64,000 nucleotides of DNA from an uncultured virus (IMG/VR IMGVR_UViG_3300032326_001218). Taxonomy: Duplodnaviria > Heunggongvirae > Uroviricota > Caudoviricetes. The notes beneath the pieces were generated by a model, which was not told the origin of the DNA, made no database searches, and was given only the letters and a program-made list of their open reading frames with translations. The stretch lies in IMG/VR virus record IMGVR_UViG_3300032326_001218; one strand, 5' to 3'. Positions 41,231-51,893 of this stretch are shown here, piece after piece. A program made the translations under genes and the position numbers. How positions within the stretch are numbered: position 1 is the stretch's first letter; every line of letters begins with the position of its first letter.

Positions 41231-41512
41231 ATGGTAATACACAATCCCATATTTTCGGGTTCAATTTCACAGGATAGAAATTTCGCTTTTGCGGATTTAA
41301 GCGGTTCGTTTACAGGTTCATTGACGGGTTCTTTTAAAGGAACTATTGATGTACAACAGGCATCATTTGATAACCTAAATGTAAATAACCGATTATCCAT
41401 AACTGGCTCGGTAATTTTGACGGGTTCTATGAATCTAACTGCGGGTGGGTATTTAGTGGATGGTGTAAATGTACTAGATACCTCTTTAGCATATGCTATT
41501 GCTTTAGGATAA
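41231..41512 (+). CDS. Small virion protein ending in AYAIALG
   Basis: 93 aa; SGSFTGSLTGSF motif shared with the 29032 fibre; hydrophobic C-terminal AIALG. Confidence 0.6.
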   Translation: MVIHNPIFSGSISQDRNFAFADLSGSFTGSLTGSFKGTIDVQQASFDNLNVNNRLSITGSVILTGSMNLTAGGYLVDGVNVLDTSLAYAIALG

Positions 41513-41524
41513 AATAAAATATAG

Positions 41525-41857
41525 ATGGCAAACGTATTTAAAAATAGTATTACAGGTTCAATTGGAACAACAAACACAATAGTGTATTCAGTTCCAGCTG
41601 CAACCACTACTACTATTATCGGAGTTAATGTTGCAAATGTAGCAGCACAAAATATATCGGTAAGTGTAAGATTGACAGATACTTCTGCAAGCAAAACCGT
41701 ATTTTTAGTAAAAGATGTACTGATTACACAGGGTTCATCGGTAGTTCTTGTAGGTGGCGAACAAAAAATAGTTATGGAATCAACAGATACTTTAACAGTA
41801 GTATCATCGGCAGCATCATCTGCGGATGTAATTATTTCGGCGTTAGAGTTATCATAA
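41525..41857 (+). CDS. Small beta-rich virion/fibre connector protein
   Basis: 110 aa, MANVFKN...VY.VPA.TTT.IIG..VAN...KIVME..D.L.V.S; paralogue of 28046..28963. Confidence 0.65.
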   Translation: MANVFKNSITGSIGTTNTIVYSVPAATTTTIIGVNVANVAAQNISVSVRLTDTSASKTVFLVKDVLITQGSSVVLVGGEQKIVMESTDTLTVVSSAASSADVIISALELS

Positions 41858-41875
41858 AAAAAGTAAATTAGGTAG

Positions 41876-44800
41876 ATGAGTAGTTTTATAGGTATTGACC
41901 CAAATGGATTAAATCAAGTAAGTTCTAGCGTAATATCACTTTATGTTAGTGGAAGCCCTGTTATAAATGCTTCCCCAAATTCAATTAGTATCATAAATGG
42001 GATACCTTTTTCTGCTTCTAAAATTGAAACACTAATAATTGATACTCCATCTTCGGAATCACTTACAATTAATGCAAATACGTTAGTAACGGGTTCATTA
42101 TCAGCATCATTGTTTAGAGGTGATGGTAGTGGGTTATTTAATATACAAGCCGATTCAATTGGTGATATCAATAGAATAAAATCAGGTTCTGCAATTGCAC
42201 AAATTTCACCTAATAACGGATTGGTAGTAAACGTACCAACAAATATAAGTGGTGGATTAACTTTAACTGGAAATGCAAATGTAACCGGAAATGCTAATAT
42301 AATTGGTAATATCAATGTTAGTGGTAAAATTACATCAACTGAAATAAGTACAACATTAATTTCTTCATCAGTAATATATTCATCTGGTTCAAATAAATTT
42401 GGTGATGCAACTTCTGATAAACATGAATTTACTGGAAGTGTAGCAATTAGTGGTTCTATATTCGTTGGAACACCTGATACAATACCAACTGATAACACAA
42501 CAAATGAGGTGTTGGTATTGAATACAACTACCGGTAGAATTAGTAGAAGATTTGCAGCAGCAACATCAGGTACTTCAGGTACATCTGGAACAAGTGGTAG
42601 CTCTGGCTCAACTGGTTCAGCAGGTTCATCGGGAACTTCTGGCTCATCTGGTAGTAGTGGTTCATCTGGAAGCAGTGGCACATCTGGTTCATCTGGAACT
42701 TCTGGTAGTAGTGGCACATCTGGTTCATCAGGCTCTTCTGGTAGTAGTGGAAGTAGTGGAAGTAGCGGCACATCGGGTTCTTCTGGAACATCGGGAAGTG
42801 GTGGTTCTTCTGGTTCTTCTGGAACATCTGGAAGTGGAGGTTCATCCGGTAGTAGTGGCTCATCTGGAAGTAGTGGTACATCTGGTTCTTCTGGTACAGC
42901 TGGCTCATCTGGAAGCAGTGGGGTATCCGGTAAAGATGGTTCTTCTGGTACATCTGGTAAAGATGGTACATCTGGTATAAGTGGCTCATCTGGAAGTTCA
43001 GGTAGTTCAGGTACATCCGGAACTTCGGGAAGTGGAGGTTCAGCTGGTTCATCGGGAAGTTCTGGTATATCTGGAGGAACAGGAACACCTGGTACATCAG
43101 GTTCTTCTGGTTCTTCGGGCACATCAGGTAAAGATGGTACATCAGGTTCATCTGGTTCATCTGGAACATCCGGAAGTGGTGGTTCATCGGGTTTAACTGG
43201 AGCCGGTGGTGGGAGTGGTTCATCTGGTTCATCGGGTAGTAGTGGCACATCTGGTTCATCTGGTTCATCGGGAAGTAGTGGAACATCTGGAAGTTCTGGT
43301 TCTAGTGGATTAGGTGGAGCTAGTGGAAGTAGTGGTTCATCGGGTAGTAGTGGCACATCTGGTTCATCTGGTTCATCGGGAACTTCTGGTTCATCTGGAA
43401 CAAGTTCAAGTGGTGGAACGGCTGGTACATCTGGAAGTAGTGGTACATCGGGTTCTTCGGGAAGTTCTGGTAGTTCTGGACAAAGTGGTTCAAGTGGAAG
43501 TTCTGGAAGTAGTGGTAAAGATGGTGCAGTTGGTACATCAGGTTCTTCTGGTTCATCTGGAACATCGGGTTCTTCTGGACAAAGTGGTTCAAGTGGAAGT
43601 TCTGGAAGCAGTGGTTCTTCTGGAGTATCTGGCACAAGTGGTAGCTCTGGTACTTCTGGTTCATCTGGAACAAGAGGGTCTGGAGGAAGTTCCGGTTCAT
43701 CGGGTTCATCTGGAGTATCCGGTACATCCGGTTCTTCTGGTAGTTCTGGTAGTAGTGGAACTTCTGGTTCATCTGGAAGTAGTGGTTCATCTGGTTCATC
43801 TGGTTCATCTGGTTCGTCTGGTACACAAGGTACTTCGGGTTCTTCTGGTTTATTAGCATTAACCGGTACAACTGATAATGGTGTAATCACATTAAATGGA
43901 ACTGCACCAAATGGAACTGTTGAAAGTAATTTAACTTTTGATGGTACGTTGTTGACAGTAACTGGTAACGCTACAATTACAGGAAATTTAACTGTAAGTG
44001 GTACAACAACTACGATTAATACTGAAACAATCCTATTAGCGGATAATATTATAACTCTTAACTCAAATTTCACAACAGGTGCACCAACTGAAAATGCTGG
44101 TATAGAAGTTAGGAGAGGCTCATCATCAACGGTATCATTCTATTGGGATGAAAGTACTGATAGATGGTATGCGGATAATACATTACAAGTAGTAGGTAAC
44201 GTAATTCTTAGTGGTACTATTGATACGGGACAAGGTGCAACCGAAGTGTTCTTAATGAACCAAAATGTTCGTACAACCGATGATGTAACATTTAATGATT
44301 TAACTTTAAACGGTGGCGACCTTTTCTTATCAAATGGCACATCTAATAGAATTATATATAATCAATCAGGTGTTGCACAACCATCGTTCACTAACAGAAG
44401 TGCAGGTACAAAAATAGTTCTTTATCCAAACATAGGGGCATCGAGTGTTGATTACGCAGTTGGTATAGAGAATAGTACGTTATGGAGTAGTGTACCAACC
44501 ACATCGGATAGATTTTTATGGTATGGTGGAGTTTCTACGGCTATGCAATTGCAAGGTAGCGGTAATTTAACATTAGCTGGTAATTTATCAGCACTTCAGG
44601 TTGATACAGGACAAGGTTTGACGGAAGTTCACTTGATGAACCAAAATATTCGTACAACTGATACGGTAACATTTAATAATTTAAATATAACCAATCCTAG
44701 TAGTATAGACAGTTATTGGACTGCCGGTAGTGCAAATGCATGGAGATTTATTTTTGCAGATTCAGTAAACACAGGTGGTTATGGTGTTGGTGCAGGTGGG

Positions 44801-47800
44801 TTTGGTATTTATAGAAATGGAATGATTGATTATCATTTAAGATTTGATACATCCGGTAATGTTTTAGCACCATTCTCACTACGTTCTCCGATATTTTATG
44901 ATTCCGCTGATACCAGTTTTTATTTAGACGCTAACTCATATTCTAGATTAAATAGAGTTGGTGTTGGTGGTGGTGCAAACGATGTAAGTGGTATTAATAT
45001 TAATGGGGATGCAGCGATTACATCTGCAAATTATTTATACTTTGGACATACAAATGGTACATTAGGAAGTTGGCAAACACGTATAAATGCATCTGGTGGT
45101 AGACAATTCTTTAACAATAATGGATTTGAATTCAATAGAGATGGATATGGTGGTGGAATAATAATGTTTTCCGATTCATCGGCAAGGGTAGGATTTGCAA
45201 CATCAGATTTTTCATTTACGGCATCCGATAACACTGCTCTTGTTGGTAGTTTTACAAATAATAGAGTGTTTGTAAATGGTTCTATTCAACTATTAGGAAA
45301 TAACGATGCTATTGTATTTGGTAGAGGTACATCGTCATTCTTTAAAGATGAGGAAATTGGATTTGGCTGGGGTGGTGGTTGGTTTATGACCGATTCAACA
45401 TTCCTAAGAGTACGAAATGGTGCCTCGGTTATATTATATTCACCTGGTAGTATTAGAGCTGATGGTGATATGAGAGCACCAATATACTACGCTATAGCTA
45501 ATACTGCATATTTTACAAATCAGTTAGGAATTTCTAGGTATAACGAATTACGAGTAAATAAAACTTACCAAAGCGAACAATTCATTGATGTACCTGGTAC
45601 ATTCAATGGTAATAGAAGATGGGTAAGATTTAGTATTAGTAGGTTTAACGCGGGTGGTTCACCTGTTGAAATATCACTTTCACGTTCTATTAGTGATAAC
45701 GGTAGTAATCCATATGGCGGATGTACTGCTAGATTTATTATCAATTCTAGAGAATGGCATAGTGGACAAGAGAATATGTGGTATTTCTATACTGAACATG
45801 GTTCTTTTAACGCTAACCAAAATCCTTATGGATATTTTGTATATCAAGCTGGTCCAAGAGACTTAGCAGGTGGTGGATATTGGTTCTATATGTTATTATT
45901 AGATGGTGTACGATATAGAATGTCTGTATCTGCGGACATGAACTTTAATAACGATAATATTGGTTCAATTGAATATAGTGTAGCGGATCCAGGTGGTATT
46001 CCAAGAGTTCCATTGGGGTCTGGTGTAATTGGAAATAATAACACTTATAATCAAATCACATCTACAAATGCTATGCATAGTATTATGTATGATTATGATG
46101 ATAGAAACTATTATATTGACCCAAATAGTACATCAAGAATTAGAAGAACCAATTTAGTAGCAAGTGGTACGAGTTGGGATGACGGATTAAATCTCTATTC
46201 TTCGGATGAATCTAATAGATGGAATTTATTAGTTGATAATGGAGCAAGTGATTATTTAAGATTTGCGTATAATAACAGTGAAGATTTTAGATTACAACCG
46301 GATGCAACTATTTCTTATAACGCATTATACGCACCAATTTATTATGATAATGATAATTCTGGTTTTTATGTAGACCCGGCTAATGGTGGTTTTGTAATGA
46401 GAGGTGGTTCATCAAATAGAGTTACTTATACTACAAATGATAGTGGATTTAGGGTTCAAAATCCAGAAGGAAATGGTGTTAGTGATGTAAGATTAGGAGC
46501 AGCTTGGAGTAGACCTGGTGTTTACTCATCTACATACTTAATGTTAGGTTCTGAAAATTACATAGAATTTGTAACTGGAAATGGTCAAAGAGGATATATT
46601 GATAGTAGTTCAAACTTATTTGCATATGGTTCAATGCGTTCTCCTATATTCTATGATTTTAATAATACCGGATATTACGCAGACCCTGCATCTACATCCA
46701 TATTTAACGTTTTACAATTTGGAACATCAACCAATAGTGGTAGATTTGATGGTGCTGGAACTTGGGGTGTACATTTTAGAACGGATAGCGGATATATTCA
46801 ATTTGGACCTGCTAATAGTTCACATGCTCACATTTATACGGATAGACAAAACTTTTATTTAAATGCACCAATAACAATTAATGATGGGAGTTATATCAAT
46901 CAAAATGATATACGTTCTGCTATATTTTATGATAGAAACAACACATCATTTTATTTAGACCCGAATACATCAGCAACTTCATTAAGAATAGCAGGTGGTA
47001 TTGCGCAAAATAATATAGTTGGTAGACCTGTGGCATATTGGGGAGCAACTGGTGCAACCGGAGCAGTAGTTATTAAATTCCCTGGTGGAACTGGTAACTA
47101 TGGTATGATTCACGCTGTAATTGACATTTATGAATATAATGGAAATGCGGCGGCAACTGTAATTGTTGGTGGACATAACTGGAATGGACAATGGTACAAT
47201 TTTAACGCAGAAGTTTTTGGACAAACTGATAAACCTGTAAGAGTTGGTACTAAAGATGGTAGATATTGTATTGTAATTGGTAATGGTTCATCTGGATGGT
47301 CTTATGGACAAGTTGTATTAAGAAAAATACAAAATGGTACATATTACGATGGTGTAATGAATGTTGCCGAAGGGTATTCAGTAGCAATAGAATCGGATTC
47401 ATATTCATATATTTCCGGTGACCTTCGTAATTTAAGAACACCTGCATCGTTTACAGCCGGAAGTAATATTAGCGCTGGAAGTGCTATGTTTGCACCAATT
47501 TATTATGATTCAAATAATACTGGATATTATTTAGACCCAACCTCAACAAATTCATTAAGAACTGTTGGTGATTGGAGAGCAGATTCGGCAGGTTGGACGG
47601 GTGAATTTGCGGGAAAGATTCAATATCATAGTAGTAACTGGTATTTCCAATATGCTAGCTATTTTATTTTTAGAAATTCTGGTGGTAGTAATGTGGTAGA
47701 AGGTGATACCTCTGGTAATTTATGGGCATATGGTTCAATGCGTTCACCTATATTTTATGATAATAACAACACTGGATACTACACAGACCCTGCTTCTTAT

Positions 47801-50800
47801 TCTAACTTAAATGAAGGTAACTTTGTAGGTAGAATGTGGTATCAAAACTATCTTGTTAGTAGAAATAGTGGTGGTATGATGGGCGATTACAATGTAAATG
47901 GTACATCATCTAAAGTAATTTGGACAATTGGTGAATCTTGGCCACTTGGTAATATGTACGGATTGGGGTATGAGTATGGAAGTGGATACGACCATCACTT
48001 AGCATTGAGAAACAATGGTACAACTTTTTCTCGTTTTGGATTTGCCGGTGGGGCATTCATAGGTGGTACTGTTAGCATAGGTGGTGCTATGTACGCTCCA
48101 ATTTATTATGATTCAAATGATGCTGGATATTATGGTGATTTTGCATCAACATCTCGTACAAACTATATTATTGGTAATAGAATTAAATTAGTAAACAACG
48201 TAAATAATGACCCTCGTTGGGATTTCTCAGCATATGTAGTTGAAGCACAACACTGGTATGGTAACAACTCATCTATGACAATGTATATGGGTGAGGGTGG
48301 TAATACAATTCTAGTACCTGGTAGTGGTGGTATAAGACCTCGAATAATTTATGATTATGATAATGCCGGTTACTATCTTAATATGGATGGTACATCTAAC
48401 TTATACGCATTTACTGATTATACTCGTAGAGGGGCATTGAATTTAGGTAGAGAAAGAGGAAATCGTAGGGATATTACATCTGACCAAAACCACTGGACTG
48501 GTACAAACGGATGGAGTACATCTTTTGGAACTTGGGCAAGTGCTTGGGAAGGTGGATTTAGTGGCTGGGATATTTGGGGTGGTGGTACTGACCACCCGCA
48601 AGGTGGTGGATATGTTCACGCTCAAGGTATTGTATCCGGACAACACTATGCAACATCGGGAGGTGGAATTGGATATGGTTGGATGATGGTGGGAGCACAT
48701 AATGCAGATAGCCGTTGGTGGTTGAGAGGTAAATGGGATTCGTCAACTCGTCCTTGGTATGAGATAATGTTGTACGATAGAAACGTTGGTGGCGGTGCTT
48801 TTTATGCAGGAATTTGGTACGATGGTAATAACACTGGATATTATGTAGACCCTAATGGTTCTACTCAATTAAGAACTGTTTATGCAGATGATTGGTTTAG
48901 AGCACAAGGTTGTTCTGGATTTTATTTCCAATCTTATGGTAGAGGTTTATGGTCACCTGAATGTGAGGGCAATCCTTATGGACACGTAGCAACAAACGGT
49001 GGTGGTAGAAACGGATGGGGTGGATATGGTATATTTAGCCGTTATACTTTGATGAGTACCGGTGGTGATAACGTTGGTATGCATGACACTGCTAGAGGCT
49101 GGGTTTGGTATATGGATGGTGGAAGACTTCAAATGTATTGGGCCGGTGCTCGTAGAATGGTAACTGAATCACATGGTGTTTACTTTGATGCAGATGCTAG
49201 AGCTTCTATATTCTATGACCACGATACCGGATACTATTTTGATGGTAATGGTACATCCAGTATAAACAGATTTACCGATAGAACAAAGGTTGCTATGGGT
49301 ATGACTGGAAGATACAATTCACCTCGTTATGATTTTGTTGGTGGTGATACTAACTATTGGGTGGGTACAATGGGATGGGGTACAACCGATTTCATTTCTG
49401 CATTTAACTGGGGTTCTGGATTTATTGATACTTGGGGTGGAATTCCAAACTCTCCTGGTGACACATCTCACTATGTAGGGGTTCAGGCATCACATGGAAA
49501 CTTTGGATATAACTCTGGATATGGTATTCAAATAGTTGGTGGACCTATTCAAGGTTTGTGGCATACATCTTATTGGAATACAAAACGTTCTTGGTATAAA
49601 ATAGCAATGTATGGATTGAACGAAAGTTCAGGTACATTCTGGTCATCAATAATGTATGATTCCAATGATAGTGGTAGATACATTGACCCTAATGGAACAT
49701 CACAACTTCAAGAAGTTTATTCATTCTCATATAGAGGTAACGGTAACGTAGGTGGAACTGGAAACGCATCTTGGCACCCTAATGGTATCTATTCAGCCGG
49801 ATATAACTGGTTGTATGGTGGTATGAACGGTGGTGGTGGACACGCTGCTAACTTTGGCAGAATGGACGCAAATATATTCTATGATAATAATGATACTGGA
49901 TACTATGTAGACCCAAGAAGTACATCACAATTACACTATGTATTAGCAAATAACTGGTTTAGAGCACAAGGATGTAGTGGATTTTACTTCCAAGATTGGG
50001 GTCGTGGTATGTGGTCTCCTGAATGTAGTGGAAACCCTTATGGTACTGTAACTACAATGGATAATGGTAGAAACGGTTGGTTTGGATATGGCGTAGGTAG
50101 TAGATATACCTTAATGACTACTCAAGGTGATAACTTTGGATTGCATGATTCGGCTAGAGGTTGGATTTGGTATATGAGTGGAGCTGAATTGAATACCTAT
50201 TGGGCTGGTAATCGTAGATCTGTAACAACATCTTGGGGTACATACTTTGATGGATATACTGAAGCAGGTGGTTCTATAAGAGGACCTATATTCTATGATA
50301 ACCAAGATACTGGATACTATTTAGACCCACACAACACCGATGACCAAGGTTTAAGAATTAGAGGTGGTACTTTACATGGACCTAACTGGTGGTGGGGTGC
50401 TTACTTGAGAGTTGGTACGAATAGTAGAGTTGATGGTTGGGCAAGTATGTTCACTTCAAATGGTAACTTACACATTGATTCTCGTAATGGTTACCCAATG
50501 TACCTTAACTGGCACAATGGTAACGTTGTATTAGTTGAAAACTCAATAGAGGCACAAATTTTCTACGATAGAAACGATACTGGGTATTATTTTGGCGCTG
50601 GTTCTGGTGATGGTAGATTTAGATACACAAATACTAATGGTGGAATTTCTCAAGCAAACAACGAATTCCAATTTGTAACCAATAGAGCAGGTTATGTAAA
50701 TGATACGAATACTGCTAACCTACAAGCTTGTGCGAATAGTAACTTAACAGCATTTTTCTCTTGGCACAAATATGGTGTATTTGCAACCAATATGGGACTT

Positions 50801-51283
50801 GATGCGGATAACGTAATTCGTATTGGTGGTTGGTCTATGGGTGCTAATAGATGGCAATTAACACCTGGTGGTGATATGTTTGCGGCTGGTAACGTGATTG
50901 CTTATTCATCTGATGAAAGATTAAAAGAAAATATTACCACAATTAGTGATGCATTAGGAATGTTGAAACGATTGAGAGGTGTTTACTTTGATTGGAAAAA
51001 TATTGTTGATGATTTAGGATTTAATCCAGTTGATAGACATGATATTGGGGTAATTGCACAAGAGGTTGAAAAGGTGATACCTCAGGCCATTAAACCAGCT
51101 CCGTTTGACGCACTTTCAGATGGTAAATCAATATCTGGACAAAACTATAAAACTGTACAACTTGAAAAGATTGTTCCTGTATTGATACAATCTGTTAAAG
51201 AACAACAAGAAATTATAGAAAAACAAAATAAAGAAATTGAAGAACTAAAAACAATGGTTTATAAAATTTTAAATAAAAACTAA
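41876..51283 (+). CDS. Long tail fibre (3135 aa) with a Gly-X-Y tract, modular repeats and a C-terminal intramolecular chaperone (peptidase S74)
   Basis: C-terminal SSDERLKENI...L.GV.FDWK...IGVIAQEVEKV.P plus coiled coil matches the S74 autocleaving chaperone; about 16 [AS]PI[FY]YD..NTGYY.DP linkers. Confidence 0.88.
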   Translation: MSSFIGIDPNGLNQVSSSVISLYVSGSPVINASPNSISIINGIPFSASKIETLIIDTPSSESLTINANTLVTGSLSASLFRGDGSGLFNIQADSIGDINRIKSGSAIAQISPNNGLVVNVPTNISGGLTLTGNANVTGNANIIGNINVSGKITSTEISTTLISSSVIYSSGSNKFGDATSDKHEFTGSVAISGSIFVGTPDTIPTDNTTNEVLVLNTTTGRISRRFAAATSGTSGTSGTSGSSGSTGSAGSSGTSGSSGSSGSSGSSGTSGSSGTSGSSGTSGSSGSSGSSGSSGSSGTSGSSGTSGSGGSSGSSGTSGSGGSSGSSGSSGSSGTSGSSGTAGSSGSSGVSGKDGSSGTSGKDGTSGISGSSGSSGSSGTSGTSGSGGSAGSSGSSGISGGTGTPGTSGSSGSSGTSGKDGTSGSSGSSGTSGSGGSSGLTGAGGGSGSSGSSGSSGTSGSSGSSGSSGTSGSSGSSGLGGASGSSGSSGSSGTSGSSGSSGTSGSSGTSSSGGTAGTSGSSGTSGSSGSSGSSGQSGSSGSSGSSGKDGAVGTSGSSGSSGTSGSSGQSGSSGSSGSSGSSGVSGTSGSSGTSGSSGTRGSGGSSGSSGSSGVSGTSGSSGSSGSSGTSGSSGSSGSSGSSGSSGSSGTQGTSGSSGLLALTGTTDNGVITLNGTAPNGTVESNLTFDGTLLTVTGNATITGNLTVSGTTTTINTETILLADNIITLNSNFTTGAPTENAGIEVRRGSSSTVSFYWDESTDRWYADNTLQVVGNVILSGTIDTGQGATEVFLMNQNVRTTDDVTFNDLTLNGGDLFLSNGTSNRIIYNQSGVAQPSFTNRSAGTKIVLYPNIGASSVDYAVGIENSTLWSSVPTTSDRFLWYGGVSTAMQLQGSGNLTLAGNLSALQVDTGQGLTEVHLMNQNIRTTDTVTFNNLNITNPSSIDSYWTAGSANAWRFIFADSVNTGGYGVGAGGFGIYRNGMIDYHLRFDTSGNVLAPFSLRSPIFYDSADTSFYLDANSYSRLNRVGVGGGANDVSGININGDAAITSANYLYFGHTNGTLGSWQTRINASGGRQFFNNNGFEFNRDGYGGGIIMFSDSSARVGFATSDFSFTASDNTALVGSFTNNRVFVNGSIQLLGNNDAIVFGRGTSSFFKDEEIGFGWGGGWFMTDSTFLRVRNGASVILYSPGSIRADGDMRAPIYYAIANTAYFTNQLGISRYNELRVNKTYQSEQFIDVPGTFNGNRRWVRFSISRFNAGGSPVEISLSRSISDNGSNPYGGCTARFIINSREWHSGQENMWYFYTEHGSFNANQNPYGYFVYQAGPRDLAGGGYWFYMLLLDGVRYRMSVSADMNFNNDNIGSIEYSVADPGGIPRVPLGSGVIGNNNTYNQITSTNAMHSIMYDYDDRNYYIDPNSTSRIRRTNLVASGTSWDDGLNLYSSDESNRWNLLVDNGASDYLRFAYNNSEDFRLQPDATISYNALYAPIYYDNDNSGFYVDPANGGFVMRGGSSNRVTYTTNDSGFRVQNPEGNGVSDVRLGAAWSRPGVYSSTYLMLGSENYIEFVTGNGQRGYIDSSSNLFAYGSMRSPIFYDFNNTGYYADPASTSIFNVLQFGTSTNSGRFDGAGTWGVHFRTDSGYIQFGPANSSHAHIYTDRQNFYLNAPITINDGSYINQNDIRSAIFYDRNNTSFYLDPNTSATSLRIAGGIAQNNIVGRPVAYWGATGATGAVVIKFPGGTGNYGMIHAVIDIYEYNGNAAATVIVGGHNWNGQWYNFNAEVFGQTDKPVRVGTKDGRYCIVIGNGSSGWSYGQVVLRKIQNGTYYDGVMNVAEGYSVAIESDSYSYISGDLRNLRTPASFTAGSNISAGSAMFAPIYYDSNNTGYYLDPTSTNSLRTVGDWRADSAGWTGEFAGKIQYHSSNWYFQYASYFIFRNSGGSNVVEGDTSGNLWAYGSMRSPIFYDNNNTGYYTDPASYSNLNEGNFVGRMWYQNYLVSRNSGGMMGDYNVNGTSSKVIWTIGESWPLGNMYGLGYEYGSGYDHHLALRNNGTTFSRFGFAGGAFIGGTVSIGGAMYAPIYYDSNDAGYYGDFASTSRTNYIIGNRIKLVNNVNNDPRWDFSAYVVEAQHWYGNNSSMTMYMGEGGNTILVPGSGGIRPRIIYDYDNAGYYLNMDGTSNLYAFTDYTRRGALNLGRERGNRRDITSDQNHWTGTNGWSTSFGTWASAWEGGFSGWDIWGGGTDHPQGGGYVHAQGIVSGQHYATSGGGIGYGWMMVGAHNADSRWWLRGKWDSSTRPWYEIMLYDRNVGGGAFYAGIWYDGNNTGYYVDPNGSTQLRTVYADDWFRAQGCSGFYFQSYGRGLWSPECEGNPYGHVATNGGGRNGWGGYGIFSRYTLMSTGGDNVGMHDTARGWVWYMDGGRLQMYWAGARRMVTESHGVYFDADARASIFYDHDTGYYFDGNGTSSINRFTDRTKVAMGMTGRYNSPRYDFVGGDTNYWVGTMGWGTTDFISAFNWGSGFIDTWGGIPNSPGDTSHYVGVQASHGNFGYNSGYGIQIVGGPIQGLWHTSYWNTKRSWYKIAMYGLNESSGTFWSSIMYDSNDSGRYIDPNGTSQLQEVYSFSYRGNGNVGGTGNASWHPNGIYSAGYNWLYGGMNGGGGHAANFGRMDANIFYDNNDTGYYVDPRSTSQLHYVLANNWFRAQGCSGFYFQDWGRGMWSPECSGNPYGTVTTMDNGRNGWFGYGVGSRYTLMTTQGDNFGLHDSARGWIWYMSGAELNTYWAGNRRSVTTSWGTYFDGYTEAGGSIRGPIFYDNQDTGYYLDPHNTDDQGLRIRGGTLHGPNWWWGAYLRVGTNSRVDGWASMFTSNGNLHIDSRNGYPMYLNWHNGNVVLVENSIEAQIFYDRNDTGYYFGAGSGDGRFRYTNTNGGISQANNEFQFVTNRAGYVNDTNTANLQACANSNLTAFFSWHKYGVFATNMGLDADNVIRIGGWSMGANRWQLTPGGDMFAAGNVIAYSSDERLKENITTISDALGMLKRLRGVYFDWKNIVDDLGFNPVDRHDIGVIAQEVEKVIPQAIKPAPFDALSDGKSISGQNYKTVQLEKIVPVLIQSVKEQQEIIEKQNKEIEELKTMVYKILNKN
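42566..43850 (+). repeat. (Gly-Ser/Thr-Ser)n coding repeat, about 430 aa
   Basis: Continuous GSS/GTS triplets in the 41876 ORF. Confidence 0.95.
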
Positions 51284-51309
51284 ATTAGTTACTTTTTTTA
51301 AAAACACAT

Positions 51310-51317
51310 ATATTTAT
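51310..51317 (+). promoter_or_regulatory. ATATTTAT putative late-promoter motif
   Basis: 17 nt before ATG 51335. Confidence 0.6.
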
Positions 51318-51334
51318 AGATAAAATAATAAGCT

Positions 51335-51757
51335 ATGGGATATACACAAAGTTGGTCATTAAAGGGCCTAAGAAAACAAAATTACGAAGGTCTTGAAGGA
51401 GTTATCATTGGAACTAACTGGGAAGTAGTAGTTACCGATGATGATGGATATAGTGCAAAATTCACTGGAGCAACTCCATTTAAGGCAGCGGACGTTAATA
51501 TAAGTACCTTCACATCATATAATGAATTGACAGAAGAGCAGGTATTAGGATGGATAAAAAATCACGTTAGTGGTTCAAACCCATCAACAAACTATTGGTC
51601 TCATATAATTGGTAGAATCCAAAAAGATATAGACGGTCAAAGAAATGTTGTTCAGATAGTTAGCGAAAACGATTTACCTTGGTCACCAACATCTGGAAGC
51701 TCTGTTACTCCAGACCCATTATCTGGCCAAGCATTATACGAAGCTCAACCTGATTAG
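51335..51757 (+). CDS. Small tail-fibre-associated protein
   Basis: Y..SW......V....W.....D...F..Y.ELTEEQVLGW pattern, common directly after phage fibre genes. Confidence 0.6.
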   Translation: MGYTQSWSLKGLRKQNYEGLEGVIIGTNWEVVVTDDDGYSAKFTGATPFKAADVNISTFTSYNELTEEQVLGWIKNHVSGSNPSTNYWSHIIGRIQKDIDGQRNVVQIVSENDLPWSPTSGSSVTPDPLSGQALYEAQPD

Positions 51758-51780
51758 TAGATTAATTTAAAAATAGTATA

Positions 51781-51824
51781 TACCCAAAACACTTTAACTA
51801 ATAAAATTGTGTTTTGGGTATTTT
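51781..51824 (+). terminator. Inverted repeat, probable terminator
   Basis: TACCCAAAACAC-(16 nt)-GTGTTTTGGGTA perfect 12-bp stem followed by TTTT. Confidence 0.6.
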
Positions 51825-51828
51825 CATT

Positions 51829-51836
51829 ATATTTAT
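51829..51836 (+). promoter_or_regulatory. ATATTTAT putative late-promoter motif
   Basis: Just after the hairpin, 57 nt before the sheath ATG. Confidence 0.6.
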
Positions 51837-51893
51837 ATGTGTATTGTTATAAAAAAATAATACCAACAATCAAAATCAAATCGGAGAAATAAA

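Noticed and set aside
35820..44073. Long minus-strand ORFs rich in PEVPDEP and alternative-frame ORFs rich in VHLV or MNQM (also at 2523-4016)
   Set aside because: These are shadows of the GSS/GTS codon repeats, which lack stops in other frames. They have no independent start signals or domain content.
48890..50260. Duplicated fibre module as a diversity-generating retroelement TR/VR pair
   Set aside because: Both copies are in frame in one gene, the differences are not adenine-specific, and no reverse transcriptase is in the window.
44870..50620. Invertase-driven shufflon in the tail fibre
   Set aside because: All modules are in direct orientation in one ORF; no inverted cassettes or recombinase gene were seen.
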